Shown here: positions 8,411-18,840 of the stretch, piece by piece
How positions within the stretch are numbered: the stretch's first letter is position 1
Layout of the letters: every line of letters begins with the position of its first letter
Assembly: GCA_048939995.1 (NCBI GenBank)
Contig: JBHLOY010000001.1
Coordinates: 224,001-288,000, forward strand
Length of the DNA stretch: 64,000 nucleotides
From: Promethearchaeota archaeon
Lineage (GTDB): Archaea > Asgardarchaeota > Lokiarchaeia > Sigyniarchaeales > SOKP01
Direction: 5' to 3'
Notes under the pieces: model-generated
Database searches by the model: none
Told to the model about the DNA's origin: nothing
What the model saw: the letters and a program-made list of their open reading frames with translations, nothing else
Program-made: the position numbers and the translations under genes

Positions 8411-9601
8411 ATGAGAAGGAGAAAAATTAAATCAGAGAGTTCTGAAGGAAAGTTAAAAGAAAAATTTCGAGCTGTAATAGATGGGTCAACCTCATTATCT
8501 ATGTATAATGAAAAGAAAAGGTCCATTTGTATAATAAAAAAAAACTTAGCAAAAGACTATGAAATTGAAGTTGATGCCTCAGAAGCTCCAATTCTTAATA
8601 AGATGGCTGAAACTCCTGAGCCTTATGAGAATTCTATTGCTGATCTTAAAATTTTAGAAGATGAAGTTTTCCCATTAATTAAAGCATACAAAACTGTCTT
8701 TGGTGAAGAGAAAGAAATAGACCTATATTCAATCAAATTAGCCATTGGAGGAAGTTACAATGACTATGTTACAATTAGAGAAAATGATTTAATAAAATAT
8801 GACGTAGAACCCACTCTAACCGGTTTGAGTGACTTTATCAAAGAAAATAATGAAAGCATTTTAGGTTTTTTGGACAGCGAATATATCAGTGAAGAAGGAA
8901 ATGTTATATATTTGAGTTGTGGAAAAAAAAATGTTTCAGATAATATTTTTTCTTTAAAAATAGTTATTCTTGCCTCTTTGCAGCAGAGAGGTTATTTTTT
9001 ACAGCAAGAACATAAATATTATGGACTTCAGTTATTTATTATTTTGGAATCTAGAAAAGAAAATGATGATAAATTATTGGAATTTCTAAAGGAATTAGGC
9101 ATTGATTGGGAATTAATATTTTTTAGACGAAAGTTAGCTATACATGATTGGACTGAAATTGAATGTCAAAGAGATTCAGAAAATTTGAAAAACTATTTAC
9201 GTGCAAGATTTGACACGCTTAATTATTTTGATATTAATCATATAATTAGACTAATAGTTAAAAATCAATTACCATTTAAAGTGGCTGACAAGATGGCTTC
9301 ACTTCTTTACAAAATGAAATCCGAAAGGGCATTACAAATACATGAAAAGAAATATGAGCAATCAGCTTTTAAAGAAAGAATGTATGTTGACGATTCTGTA
9401 TCAAATCTTTCCAGACGAAATAATTATGATGACAAAATCCAAGCTGTTGATGAATATTCTCTTACTCTTAAAAAAGCGGAGATAGTAGCTGCTGCTAAAA
9501 TTGCGTGTGCATACTTAGGAATTCAAACTGAGATAAAGTTTGACAGGGATATTCCTTTGGATGAGATATCAAAATATCAAGAGGAATTAACTAATTTCTA
9601 A
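8411..9601 (+). CDS. Hypothetical soluble protein, 396 aa
   Basis: Long ORF with normal composition; no motif recognised. Confidence 0.75.
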   Translation: MRRRKIKSESSEGKLKEKFRAVIDGSTSLSMYNEKKRSICIIKKNLAKDYEIEVDASEAPILNKMAETPEPYENSIADLKILEDEVFPLIKAYKTVFGEEKEIDLYSIKLAIGGSYNDYVTIRENDLIKYDVEPTLTGLSDFIKENNESILGFLDSEYISEEGNVIYLSCGKKNVSDNIFSLKIVILASLQQRGYFLQQEHKYYGLQLFIILESRKENDDKLLEFLKELGIDWELIFFRRKLAIHDWTEIECQRDSENLKNYLRARFDTLNYFDINHIIRLIVKNQLPFKVADKMASLLYKMKSERALQIHEKKYEQSAFKERMYVDDSVSNLSRRNNYDDKIQAVDEYSLTLKKAEIVAAAKIACAYLGIQTEIKFDRDIPLDEISKYQEELTNF

Positions 9602-9629
9602 TTATTAATTTTTAAAAAAAAGTTAAATT

Positions 9630-10634
9630 TTAATTGAATCCAAAAGAATTCTTTAATAATTCGTAATTTAAGGATCCAACAGTTAAAGATTTTCCAGTTT
9701 TAATATTATTTACCGTATAAATAGCGGGGGCAAATAATCCAGGATCTATTTTATAAAAGTCATAACCTGCTTCCTTAAAAATTATATTAAAAGGTTTACC
9801 ATAACTAGGAGACTGATTAGCGGGTGCTTTTCTTAGCAGGTTAAATAAATCATCTTCCCTCTCTTTATCGACGTCAATAGTATAGAATGTTTTTCCTCCA
9901 GCAATTATAGAATCGTTAGTCGTACCCATTGCTGCAAAATCATCAGCAACAATAGGCGCAATTGAAGTTGTTCCAAATCCATTCTTTATTACTTCTAATG
10001 GAAAATGAATCTCATGAAGCTTATGAATACCTGTTTCTACTATTCTTGCTGCCACTTGAATTGAACCTGTTAAACATGCTGTAGGGGCACAAATCGCATA
10101 AGTATTTTCTGGGCTCACATTACATTTTTCTGAAACAATAGCCATGACTTCTTCATTAGGCATCTTTCTCGTCTCAAAAATTATAATAGCACAATCGGAA
10201 TCGTCTATATAATTTATTTCTTCAAAAATCTTTTCAGTTTTAGCTTTTGCTCGAGCAGGTCCTGAACCCAATGATTGAAATATCACTTTCTTCTTAAGTT
10301 CTCCATTTTTTTCAACTTCTTTTTTCAATTTCACTGACCATCCTGCCAATTGAGATGCCATACATGAAATTATAGGTTCAGAAGTATATACATTTACAGC
10401 AGGCAAATAATACCCTTCTAAGTTAAATGATGTGAAGTTCAAAGTTCCAAGTCCACCCATACAAATTTCTGCTACTAATTTTCCTCCCAACCATGATGCA
10501 TTAGTCATATCTACTACTGTAGAGTCATTATTCAATTTGGTTATTTCTGCTTTATAGTAGTCTTTATTTCCTATAATCTTTTTTACTATTTTTAATGCAA
10601 GATTATTAATTTTAATATGCTGCATTATCATCAC
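9630..10634 (-). CDS. mch: Methenyltetrahydromethanopterin cyclohydrolase
   Basis: EICMGGLG, SCMASQLAGW, GSGPARA, APTACLTGSIQVAARIVETGIHK, AMGTTND, SPSYGKPF, FYKIDPGLFAPA. Start may be ATG 10625. Confidence 0.96.
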   Translation of the reverse strand: MMIMQHIKINNLALKIVKKIIGNKDYYKAEITKLNNDSTVVDMTNASWLGGKLVAEICMGGLGTLNFTSFNLEGYYLPAVNVYTSEPIISCMASQLAGWSVKLKKEVEKNGELKKKVIFQSLGSGPARAKAKTEKIFEEINYIDDSDCAIIIFETRKMPNEEVMAIVSEKCNVSPENTYAICAPTACLTGSIQVAARIVETGIHKLHEIHFPLEVIKNGFGTTSIAPIVADDFAAMGTTNDSIIAGGKTFYTIDVDKEREDDLFNLLRKAPANQSPSYGKPFNIIFKEAGYDFYKIDPGLFAPAIYTVNNIKTGKSLTVGSLNYELLKNSFGFN

Positions 10635-10718
10635 TTAAATAACAATATTAATTGAGTATATATTATTAATTTCTTATTTTAATATATTAAAGTAAGTTCA
10701 TATTAAAATTATATAAAA

Positions 10719-12233
10719 ATGGATGAATTAATTTCAAAATTAACAAAATTAAAAGATGACTTAATAGAAACCAAAGATTTTTTTTTTAAGGTATTAAATC
10801 AAAGTAATTCATCCATTCAAATCTATACTCATTTGGATTCAGATGGTTTATCTGCGGGTGCCATATTAGGCAAAGCGCTATATAGAGAAAGATTGCCATT
10901 TCATATTACAATATTAAAACAATTAGAGAAAAAAGAAATATTAAAGATTAGAGAATGTGTACAAGAAGGTAAATTTCCTATATTTTGTGACTTTGGAAGT
11001 GGTCAATATTTAGATTTAATTGAACAATTTAAAATCGGTAAGAATCAGTTAAATCCATTTATTATAATTGATCACCATATCCCTCAAAATATAACCGATA
11101 AAAGGGATACACGAATCCATGAAGTTTATAAGGAGACTAGACCTTGGCATGTGAATCCGTATTTTCATGACATTGATGGCAGTCTTGAGGTTTCTGGGGC
11201 GGGTTTATGTTATTTTTTTGCCAAAATATTAAATGAAAAGAATAAAGATCTTTCTTCTATAGCTTTAGTTGGTGCTACAGGAGATATACAAAACAAAGGA
11301 GCTAAAAAGTCATTTATTGGGATTAATAAGTTAATTCTTTATGATGCGATAAATATGAATCTTCTACAGGAGGTAAATGATTTAAATTTTTCTCCAATCA
11401 AGCCATTAAATGAAGCAATTGCCTATTCTTCAGATTTTAATATTCCAGGTTTAACAGGAGATCCGAATAAAGTATTAATTTTTTTGCAGAGATTAGGTAT
11501 TTTAGTCGAAAATACAGATGGTAGAGTCAAAACTTTAAATGAATTAAATCAAAATGAAAAACAAAAGGTTACTTCAGCTATTATAAGATATATATCAGTT
11601 AAACTAAATCTTAATCCAAATGAAATTGTGGATAAATTAATTATTAACAGATATGTATTTAAAAATGAAATCAAGGCATCAGAACTTAATGATTTGAATG
11701 AATTTTCAAACTTATTGAATTCTTGTGGAAGAACAGATAATGGAGCCTTAGGGATTGCTGTCGCTATGGGTGATAGAAAGACAGCATTCCAAAAATCACA
11801 AGAAAATTTAATTATTTACAAACAATCTATATTAAAAGCTTTATTATGGATTCACGAGGAGGGTAAAATTCAACAAAAAGAGTATATACAATACTTTTTC
11901 GGTGAAGATATAATTCCAGACAACCTCATAGGAACAATTTGTTCCATGCTAATTTTTGATGAAAATGAAATGGTTGAGAGCTCAAAACCATTATTTGGGC
12001 TTGCTAAAAGAACGGATGAGAATGTATATAAACTTTCAGCTAGAGCTGATGAGGAGTTATTAAACAAAGGTTTAAATTTATCAGAAATCATAAGAGATGC
12101 CTTAAAATTGACAAATATCGACACTCTTGGTGGAGGTCATCCCCTCGCTGCGGGTGCTAAAATTCCACTCGATAGGGTAGATGAGTTTTTAGAACATTGT
12201 AACATTATAGTAAAAAAGCAATTAGGATACTAA
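10719..12233 (+). CDS. recJ: Archaeal RecJ/GAN (Cdc45-related) DHH-family nuclease
   Basis: THLDSDG, FCDFGSG, IIIDHH, VNPY, VSGAG, GATGD, LLNSCGR, GGGHPLAAGA (DHHA1). Confidence 0.9.
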   Translation: MDELISKLTKLKDDLIETKDFFFKVLNQSNSSIQIYTHLDSDGLSAGAILGKALYRERLPFHITILKQLEKKEILKIRECVQEGKFPIFCDFGSGQYLDLIEQFKIGKNQLNPFIIIDHHIPQNITDKRDTRIHEVYKETRPWHVNPYFHDIDGSLEVSGAGLCYFFAKILNEKNKDLSSIALVGATGDIQNKGAKKSFIGINKLILYDAINMNLLQEVNDLNFSPIKPLNEAIAYSSDFNIPGLTGDPNKVLIFLQRLGILVENTDGRVKTLNELNQNEKQKVTSAIIRYISVKLNLNPNEIVDKLIINRYVFKNEIKASELNDLNEFSNLLNSCGRTDNGALGIAVAMGDRKTAFQKSQENLIIYKQSILKALLWIHEEGKIQQKEYIQYFFGEDIIPDNLIGTICSMLIFDENEMVESSKPLFGLAKRTDENVYKLSARADEELLNKGLNLSEIIRDALKLTNIDTLGGGHPLAAGAKIPLDRVDEFLEHCNIIVKKQLGY

Positions 12234-13531
12234 ATTTTATAAATTTCTCCAGTTTCAGGAGCAACTGAATTAAAGCCTTCATTAGCTAAATCTCGAGCGA
12301 ATAAAGTTGTAGCTTTATCATCTCCATGCACACAAAACACAAATTTGGAATTATTATTAAATTTTTGATAATATAGGTATTTCAATAAATGGGTTCTGTC
12401 AGCATGACTCGAGAAATCATAATAATCAATAATACAGTCTGCCTTTTTTATTATTTTATACATATCATTTTTTATGTTGTTAGATTGATATTCAAAAACT
12501 TTTTCCTCTAATAATTTTCTGCCAGGAGTTCCTTCGACTTGATATCCAACCATATAGATCGCAGATTGAGGATCATCCAATATCAATTTGAGGTAATCAA
12601 TAGCTGCTCCACCTTTCAACATACCAGAAGGAGATATGATTATAGATCTAGATTTTTTTCCTATTTTCTTCCGCATTTTTTCAGAAACAAATTGAACTTT
12701 CTTTAATGACCTTTTATATGCACCAAAGTCTCTAAATGCTAAAGGAAAGTTTGAATATGCCACTCCCACTTTTCTTGCAAGTCCATCCATATAAATTTGG
12801 CCATTTAAGCCATATTTATTTAAAATCAAGAGAATCTCTTGTGATCTGGCCACTCCAAAAGCAGGAATGAGTACTCTGCCACCATTTTCACTAACATTTA
12901 AGATTTCTTCAACAAATTTCTTTTCAAGTTCATTTCTGGATGGATGTTCTCTTAAAGCATAAGTTGATTCAGTTATTATAGCATCTATTTTTTTATCAAT
13001 TGATGTATCTGCTGGGTAGATCAAGTTGGTATTAATCAAATTAATATCACCAGTGTAAAGAATTTTTTTTTCATCTACCTCAACTAAAATTGAAACGCTA
13101 CCTGGTATATGGCCAGCATTATAAAAAGTAATGTAAAAGTCTTCACTAATCTTTTTTGTAATTTGATTTTCTAAAAATAGAGTATTTTGTCTTATTTTTT
13201 CTATTTCTCTATATCCAAAAGGATATGGAAATTTAGAGACCTTTATCATATCTTTTAATAGAATTTCAGTGATTCGCAAAGTTAATGGATTGATATAAAG
13301 AGGTACGTTAAATTTCTTAAAAAGGTAAGGTAGCCCTCCTGAATGATCTATATGACAATGAGTTAGAGCAACTGCTTTAAGATTACTTAAATTTGAATCA
13401 TATGGTAAACGATCATTTTCCGTAAATCTTACACCATAGTCTAATACACATTTTTCACCATGATCAGATTCAATTAATATCGCAGAACGTCCTACTTCCC
13501 TACACCCTCCCAAAAATGAAATTTTTACCAT
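12230..13531 (-). CDS. Metallo-beta-lactamase/beta-CASP ribonuclease (KH-less aCPSF type)
   Basis: LGGCREVGRS, LTHCHIDHSG, AGHIPGS, YTGD, ESTY, PAFGVARSQE, SGMLKGG, FSSHAD, VHGD. Confidence 0.92.
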   Translation of the reverse strand: MVKISFLGGCREVGRSAILIESDHGEKCVLDYGVRFTENDRLPYDSNLSNLKAVALTHCHIDHSGGLPYLFKKFNVPLYINPLTLRITEILLKDMIKVSKFPYPFGYREIEKIRQNTLFLENQITKKISEDFYITFYNAGHIPGSVSILVEVDEKKILYTGDINLINTNLIYPADTSIDKKIDAIITESTYALREHPSRNELEKKFVEEILNVSENGGRVLIPAFGVARSQEILLILNKYGLNGQIYMDGLARKVGVAYSNFPLAFRDFGAYKRSLKKVQFVSEKMRKKIGKKSRSIIISPSGMLKGGAAIDYLKLILDDPQSAIYMVGYQVEGTPGRKLLEEKVFEYQSNNIKNDMYKIIKKADCIIDYYDFSSHADRTHLLKYLYYQKFNNNSKFVFCVHGDDKATTLFARDLANEGFNSVAPETGEIYKI

Positions 13532-13654
13532 TTGTCTTGTCTGTTGTTACTTTAATGATCAATATTAATTTGAAATCTTCAAGAGTTATCAATTTTTTCT
13601 TTATATTCAAGAAGAATTTCTTGAAAGTATTAAATAAAAAGATTAGTAGAGAAG

Positions 13655-14404
13655 TTATTTGATTTTTTTTATAGCATTAGTGAGTAAAGAGATAACATTA
13701 TTCACGTTTTTGCCAAAAATCTCTAAAATTTCTTCCCAAGTTACTGGAGTTTCATCATCTTTCCAACAATCATAATCAGTAGACATTGCTACCGCAGCAT
13801 AAGGGATGCTTGCTTCATTTGCTAAAATAGTTTCGGGAGCAATACTCATATTTATAATATCAGCACCCCATATTCTGAACATTTCTGACTCAGCTCTTGT
13901 GGAAAATCTCGGTCCTTCAATAGTAACTACTGTTCCTTTTTCATGATATTTAAGATTCAATTCTTTAGCGCTTTCAATTAGAATTTGTCTTAACTCTTCT
14001 GAATACGGATAAGCCATAGTAGCATGTTTCGGCTCGTGAGGAGGAAATTCTTCAAAAAAACTTAATTTCCGGAGGCGTGTGAAATCAATAAACTGATCAA
14101 TAATCACAAAATCCCCTCTTCCAATTTTTTCTCTCAAGCTTCCACACGCAGTTGTAGCTAAAATGTGTGTACAACCTTGATCTTTTAGTGCTTGTATATT
14201 TGCCCTATAATTTACTTGAGTAGGAGGAATTGTATGTTCCCTACCATGTCTAGCTAAAAGAACAACTTCCACACCGTGAATCTTTCCTACTTTTAAAGAT
14301 GAGCTTGGTTTTCCATAAGAAGTGTTAACTTCTAAATCCATTGCATCCTTTAAAATATCTGGATTATCTAGTCCTGATCCCCCAATAATACCTATTTTAA
14401 CCAT
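13655..14404 (-). CDS. mtnP: S-methyl-5'-thioadenosine phosphorylase
   Basis: IGIIGGSG, LARHGREH, VNYRANI, IEGPRFSTRAES, INMS, STDYDCW. Confidence 0.95.
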   Translation of the reverse strand: MVKIGIIGGSGLDNPDILKDAMDLEVNTSYGKPSSSLKVGKIHGVEVVLLARHGREHTIPPTQVNYRANIQALKDQGCTHILATTACGSLREKIGRGDFVIIDQFIDFTRLRKLSFFEEFPPHEPKHATMAYPYSEELRQILIESAKELNLKYHEKGTVVTIEGPRFSTRAESEMFRIWGADIINMSIAPETILANEASIPYAAVAMSTDYDCWKDDETPVTWEEILEIFGKNVNNVISLLTNAIKKIK

Positions 14405-14561
14405 AATATATCATTAATTAGAGAATTTAATTAATATAGTTATATATTTGAAAACTCTAATTTTAATATAATTTACTTATAAAAAAAATAATCATCTAAA
14501 TAAGATTTTAATATAGAATGTATTAAATATAATATATTAATTTCTATACTTTTGAAGTTTT

Positions 14562-15560
14562 ATGGCAAAAACTAAGGTTCTAGTTCTCGGATCATTAGCA
14601 TTTGATTACATTATGAGCTTTAAGGAAAATTTCGTTAATGCTGTGTCAATTGATCACGAAAAGGAAGTATATCAAAGCACTATTACTGCTGATAGCCGTA
14701 ATTTACATTTTGGTGGAACTGCAGGAAATATTGCTTATAATTTGGGTTTGTTAAACATTGCCAAGGTTGTATTAGTAGGATCAGTAGGAAAGGATTTTGA
14801 GAGTTTAGGCTATAAAGATCATATTAAGCAGTTTAAAAATATTGAACTTTCTATTGAAGAATATGATGATTTATTTACAGCTGCTTGTTATATTGTAAAT
14901 GATGTTAAGTCAAATCAAATGATAGTTTTTCATGGTGGGGCATTAGAAAAATGCAAGGATATTAAGTTAAAGGAAAAAATACAGCATCCAGATGAATTCG
15001 CCTATGCTATTAATTCTACTCAGAGTGTTGAGGCTATGAGTAATTTTGCAGAACAATTATTTGACTTAAGAATTCCAACAATCCTAGATCCTGGTCAAGT
15101 AACACCTCTTTTCCCAAGAGAAATTCTTATTAATACAATAAAAAAGTCAGAGATCATAATCGGAAATATTTATGAAATCGAACAAATAAAAAAGAAAACT
15201 GAGTTTACTGAAGAAAAAATAATGGAGTTTGTTAAAGCCGTTATAGTAACAAAAGGTTCAAAAGGTTCTGAATTAATTTATAGAGATGATAAAGGTAGGA
15301 TATTTAGAATAGAGATTCCTATAGCGACTCCAGAGAGGATAGAAGATACTACTGGGGCAGGAGATGGATACCGTGCAGGGATACTGAGTGGTTTAATTTT
15401 AAATATGACCATTTTAGATTCTTGCAGATTAGGTTCTATAATTGGATCATTTGTTATTGAAACAAGTGGAGCTCAAACTCAAAATTTTAATATTGAACAA
15501 ATTAGAAAAAGATTTTTTAAAACCTATGGTTATACTCCACCAGAGTTGGAGAGAATATAA
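14562..15560 (+). CDS. PfkB-family nucleoside/adenosine kinase
   Basis: GSLAFDYIM, FGGTAGNIAYNL, DPGQ, VTKGSKGS, DTTGAGDGYRAG. Confidence 0.88.
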   Translation: MAKTKVLVLGSLAFDYIMSFKENFVNAVSIDHEKEVYQSTITADSRNLHFGGTAGNIAYNLGLLNIAKVVLVGSVGKDFESLGYKDHIKQFKNIELSIEEYDDLFTAACYIVNDVKSNQMIVFHGGALEKCKDIKLKEKIQHPDEFAYAINSTQSVEAMSNFAEQLFDLRIPTILDPGQVTPLFPREILINTIKKSEIIIGNIYEIEQIKKKTEFTEEKIMEFVKAVIVTKGSKGSELIYRDDKGRIFRIEIPIATPERIEDTTGAGDGYRAGILSGLILNMTILDSCRLGSIIGSFVIETSGAQTQNFNIEQIRKRFFKTYGYTPPELERI

Positions 15561-15591
15561 TAAAACTTTGCACCTTTCATTATAAAATACT

Positions 15592-17028
15592 TCAATCATG
15601 CAACACAGGTCTTCGTGCTGCAATAACTGCATCTAACCGCCCAATTGGTGTGTTATGGGGTGCATTTTTTACAAGTTCAGGATTATTATATGTTTCTTCA
15701 TATATCGTATACATAACTTTAATGAAATTATCAAGGGAATTTTTTGATTCTGTTTCTGTAGGTTCAATCATAATAGCTCCATTAACTATCAGAGGGAAAT
15801 AAACGGTAGGTGCGTAAATTCCAAAATCTAAGATTCTTTTAGCTATATCTTCTGTTGTAATCTCATTTGGCATACCTTGATCTGATAATACAAATTCATG
15901 TTGACAGATTCTGTTATAAGGGAGTTTATATTTTTTTTGTAATATTACTCTTAGATAATTTGCATTTAATACAGAAATTTGACCAACTCGTTTAAGTCCC
16001 TCACGTCCTAATGATAAAATATAACTATATGCTCTAACAATTACTCCAAAATTACCCCAGAATGATTTTACTCTTCCTATAGAATTTTCATTATCTGACT
16101 GGCAAATAATTCCTTCACTAGTTTTTATAATACAAGGTTTAGGTAGAAATTCAACTAGGCTATCTACTACTCCAACCGGTCCTGAGCCCGGACCACCACC
16201 TCCATGAGGAGTTGAAAATGTTTTATGTAGATTTAAATGAACAATATCAAATCCCATGTCTTTTGGTCTACAAATTCCTAACATTGGATTTAGGTTTGCT
16301 CCATCATAATAGCAAAGCCCTCCATTTTCATGTACTATAGCAGTTATTTCTTTAATCTGCCGATCAAAGACACCTAAAGTATTTGGATTAGTTAGCATAA
16401 TTCCTGCTACATCGCCTCCTTGCATAGCAAACTTAAGTTGATCTAATGGAAGTTCGCCGTACATATTAGATTCTAATTCAACAATTGAAAATCCTGCCAT
16501 CTTTGCTGATGCGGGATTAGTACCATGGGCAGAATCCGGTACAATTATTTTGGTTTTCTTGATATTCTTGCTTTGAAAGTACTTCTTTATAATCAATAAC
16601 CCAGTTAATTCGCCATGAGCACCAGCAGCAGGTTGTAAAGTAAATCCTTTCATACCCGTTATTTCTCCTAACATATTTGAAATATCATTTAAAAGTTCTA
16701 ATGAGCCTTGGTTTTCTTCTTGCAGAGGGTGTATTTGAGAAAAACCAGGTAATCTCGCCGCAATTTCATTAACTTTGGGGTTATATTTCATTGTGCAAGA
16801 TCCTAGTGGATAAATACCATTATCCACTCCGTAATTTTTAAGGCTTAAATTAATATAATGCCTTACTATCTCAATTTCAGGAATATTTGGGATATTTAAT
16901 TCAGTCCTTTGATAATTCAATGGGATTATTTTATTAATATCTATAGGCTCAATATCTAATTCTGGAATGAAGTTTTTATGAGAATATTCAATATTCTTAT
17001 CAAAAATCAATTTACTGTCTGATTTCAT
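15592..17028 (-). CDS. gcvPB: Glycine dehydrogenase (decarboxylating) subunit 2
   Basis: YPLGSCTMKYNP, QPAAGAHGE, SAHGTNPAS, NLHKTFSTPHGGGGPG (PLP lysine). Confidence 0.97.
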   Translation of the reverse strand: MKSDSKLIFDKNIEYSHKNFIPELDIEPIDINKIIPLNYQRTELNIPNIPEIEIVRHYINLSLKNYGVDNGIYPLGSCTMKYNPKVNEIAARLPGFSQIHPLQEENQGSLELLNDISNMLGEITGMKGFTLQPAAGAHGELTGLLIIKKYFQSKNIKKTKIIVPDSAHGTNPASAKMAGFSIVELESNMYGELPLDQLKFAMQGGDVAGIMLTNPNTLGVFDRQIKEITAIVHENGGLCYYDGANLNPMLGICRPKDMGFDIVHLNLHKTFSTPHGGGGPGSGPVGVVDSLVEFLPKPCIIKTSEGIICQSDNENSIGRVKSFWGNFGVIVRAYSYILSLGREGLKRVGQISVLNANYLRVILQKKYKLPYNRICQHEFVLSDQGMPNEITTEDIAKRILDFGIYAPTVYFPLIVNGAIMIEPTETESKNSLDNFIKVMYTIYEETYNNPELVKNAPHNTPIGRLDAVIAARRPVLHD

Positions 17029-17029
17029 T

Positions 17030-18370
17030 TCAAATTACCCCTTTTTTATTTTTAGCTACACTTTTTGCGGCATCTATGAATTCATTGATTGCTTGTTGAG
17101 AACAGGTCTCGGTAACACATACTAAAGCGGTATTATCTAATTCTGGATAATATTTTGATAAGTCTAATGGAGGAAGCAAATCTCTCTTTTTGCACTCATT
17201 AATTAATCCTTTAATATTCTGGCATTTCAACAAGAATTCATTATAAGTAGGTTTTTTATTTAATATCTCGTAACCTGATATTTTTTTAAGTTCATTTTTA
17301 AGATGATGAGCTTTTTGAAAATTCTGTAGAGCAATTTCCTTTAAACCCGCTTTACCAAGCGATAAAAGATAAACTAAAGCTGCTAATGAACATAGAGCTT
17401 GATTAGTACAAATATTTGAACTTGCTTTTTCTCTTCGTATATGTTGCTCACGAGCTTGAAGAGTTAATATGAAACCAATTTTCTCTCCATGGAGCTCTTT
17501 AGTTTTCCCAACCAACCGACCAGGCACTTTTCGCATGAATTTTTCTTTAGTTGTGAAAATACCTAATCCTGGACCTCCAAAAGAAGGGGATATACCAAAA
17601 GCTTGACCTTCGGCTACAAATATATCAATATCTAATTCTCCAGGAGGCTTTAATATCCCTAAACAAGTAGGGTCAGTCATTAGCTGGACTATTAAACATT
17701 TTTCTGATCTTTTGCGAACATTTTCAACCAATTTTTCGATATCCTCAATTTCACCAAAAAAATTCGGGCTCTGAAATAAAAATCCCCCTACATCTTCCGT
17801 AATCTCTTCACTTAAATTTTTTTCATTAATTATTTTATATTTAATACCTTGACCCCAACAATATGTTGTAACCACTTCGAGATATTCAGGGTGAATTCCC
17901 TCTAAAATTAAAATTAAATTTTTACCGCTAATAGCTGTAGCCATTATCGCCGCTTCTGCTAAAGCGGTTGAACCATCATACATACTTGCGTTTGCTATAT
18001 CCATCTGAGTTAATCTTGAAATTATTGTTTGATATTCATAAATGGCTTGTAAGAATCCTTGACTTGCTTCAGCTTGATATGGCGTATATGCAGTATAGAA
18101 TTCTGAGCGTTGAATGATAAAATCCACAAGAGAGGGAATATAATGGTAATAACAACCTGCTCCTAAAAAATTATTAGAATAGATTTTATTTTCTGAAGCA
18201 AGGTTTATTAAATGCCTTAATAAATCAGGTTCTGATAATCCCAAGGATAAATTTAACTTTTTAATCTTCAAATCGCTCGGGATATCTTGAAATAAATCAT
18301 CTAAAGTATTCACACCTATAGCTTTAAGCATTTCATTAATAGTTTCTTCATTATGAGGTATATAATCCAT
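17030..18370 (-). CDS. gcvPA: Glycine dehydrogenase (decarboxylating) subunit 1
   Basis: FYTAYTPYQAEASQG, NASMYDG, LQAREQHIRREKASSNICTNQAL. Confidence 0.97.
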   Translation of the reverse strand: MDYIPHNEETINEMLKAIGVNTLDDLFQDIPSDLKIKKLNLSLGLSEPDLLRHLINLASENKIYSNNFLGAGCYYHYIPSLVDFIIQRSEFYTAYTPYQAEASQGFLQAIYEYQTIISRLTQMDIANASMYDGSTALAEAAIMATAISGKNLILILEGIHPEYLEVVTTYCWGQGIKYKIINEKNLSEEITEDVGGFLFQSPNFFGEIEDIEKLVENVRKRSEKCLIVQLMTDPTCLGILKPPGELDIDIFVAEGQAFGISPSFGGPGLGIFTTKEKFMRKVPGRLVGKTKELHGEKIGFILTLQAREQHIRREKASSNICTNQALCSLAALVYLLSLGKAGLKEIALQNFQKAHHLKNELKKISGYEILNKKPTYNEFLLKCQNIKGLINECKKRDLLPPLDLSKYYPELDNTALVCVTETCSQQAINEFIDAAKSVAKNKKGVI

Positions 18371-18425
18371 TATCTAACAACTCATATATTGTAATAAAAA
18401 AATGAATTAATTGAATAAGAAAAAG

Positions 18426-18821
18426 TTATTTCTCTTCATTTTTAACTAGTACTTTATACTCATCAACAGACAGGAGATTACTTATTTCATCAGAATTAGA
18501 GTATTTTATTTTTACAATCCACCCGTCATTAAAAGGCGAAGTATTGAGGAGTTCTGGTCGATCAATTAGATTTTGATTTATTTCAAAAATTTTTCCAGAT
18601 AACGGCATAATTAATTCTCCAACTGCTTTGACAGATTCAATCTCCCCGATTGTAGCTTCTTTCTTAACATCGATTCCTATTTCAGGTAATTCAATAAAAA
18701 CTACATCTCCTAATTGATGTTGAGCATAATCAGTTATTCCAACTATAGCAATATTGCTTTCTAATTTGACCCATTCATGAGTTTTAGTGTACTTTAAATA
18801 AGCAGGGAATTTATAATCCAT
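18426..18821 (-). CDS. gcvH: Glycine cleavage system H protein
   Basis: YTKTHEW, GITDYAQHQLGDVVF, IESVKA (lipoyl lysine). Confidence 0.97.
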   Translation of the reverse strand: MDYKFPAYLKYTKTHEWVKLESNIAIVGITDYAQHQLGDVVFIELPEIGIDVKKEATIGEIESVKAVGELIMPLSGKIFEINQNLIDRPELLNTSPFNDGWIVKIKYSNSDEISNLLSVDEYKVLVKNEEK

Positions 18822-18840
18822 CCTTTTTCACGTCCAATTC

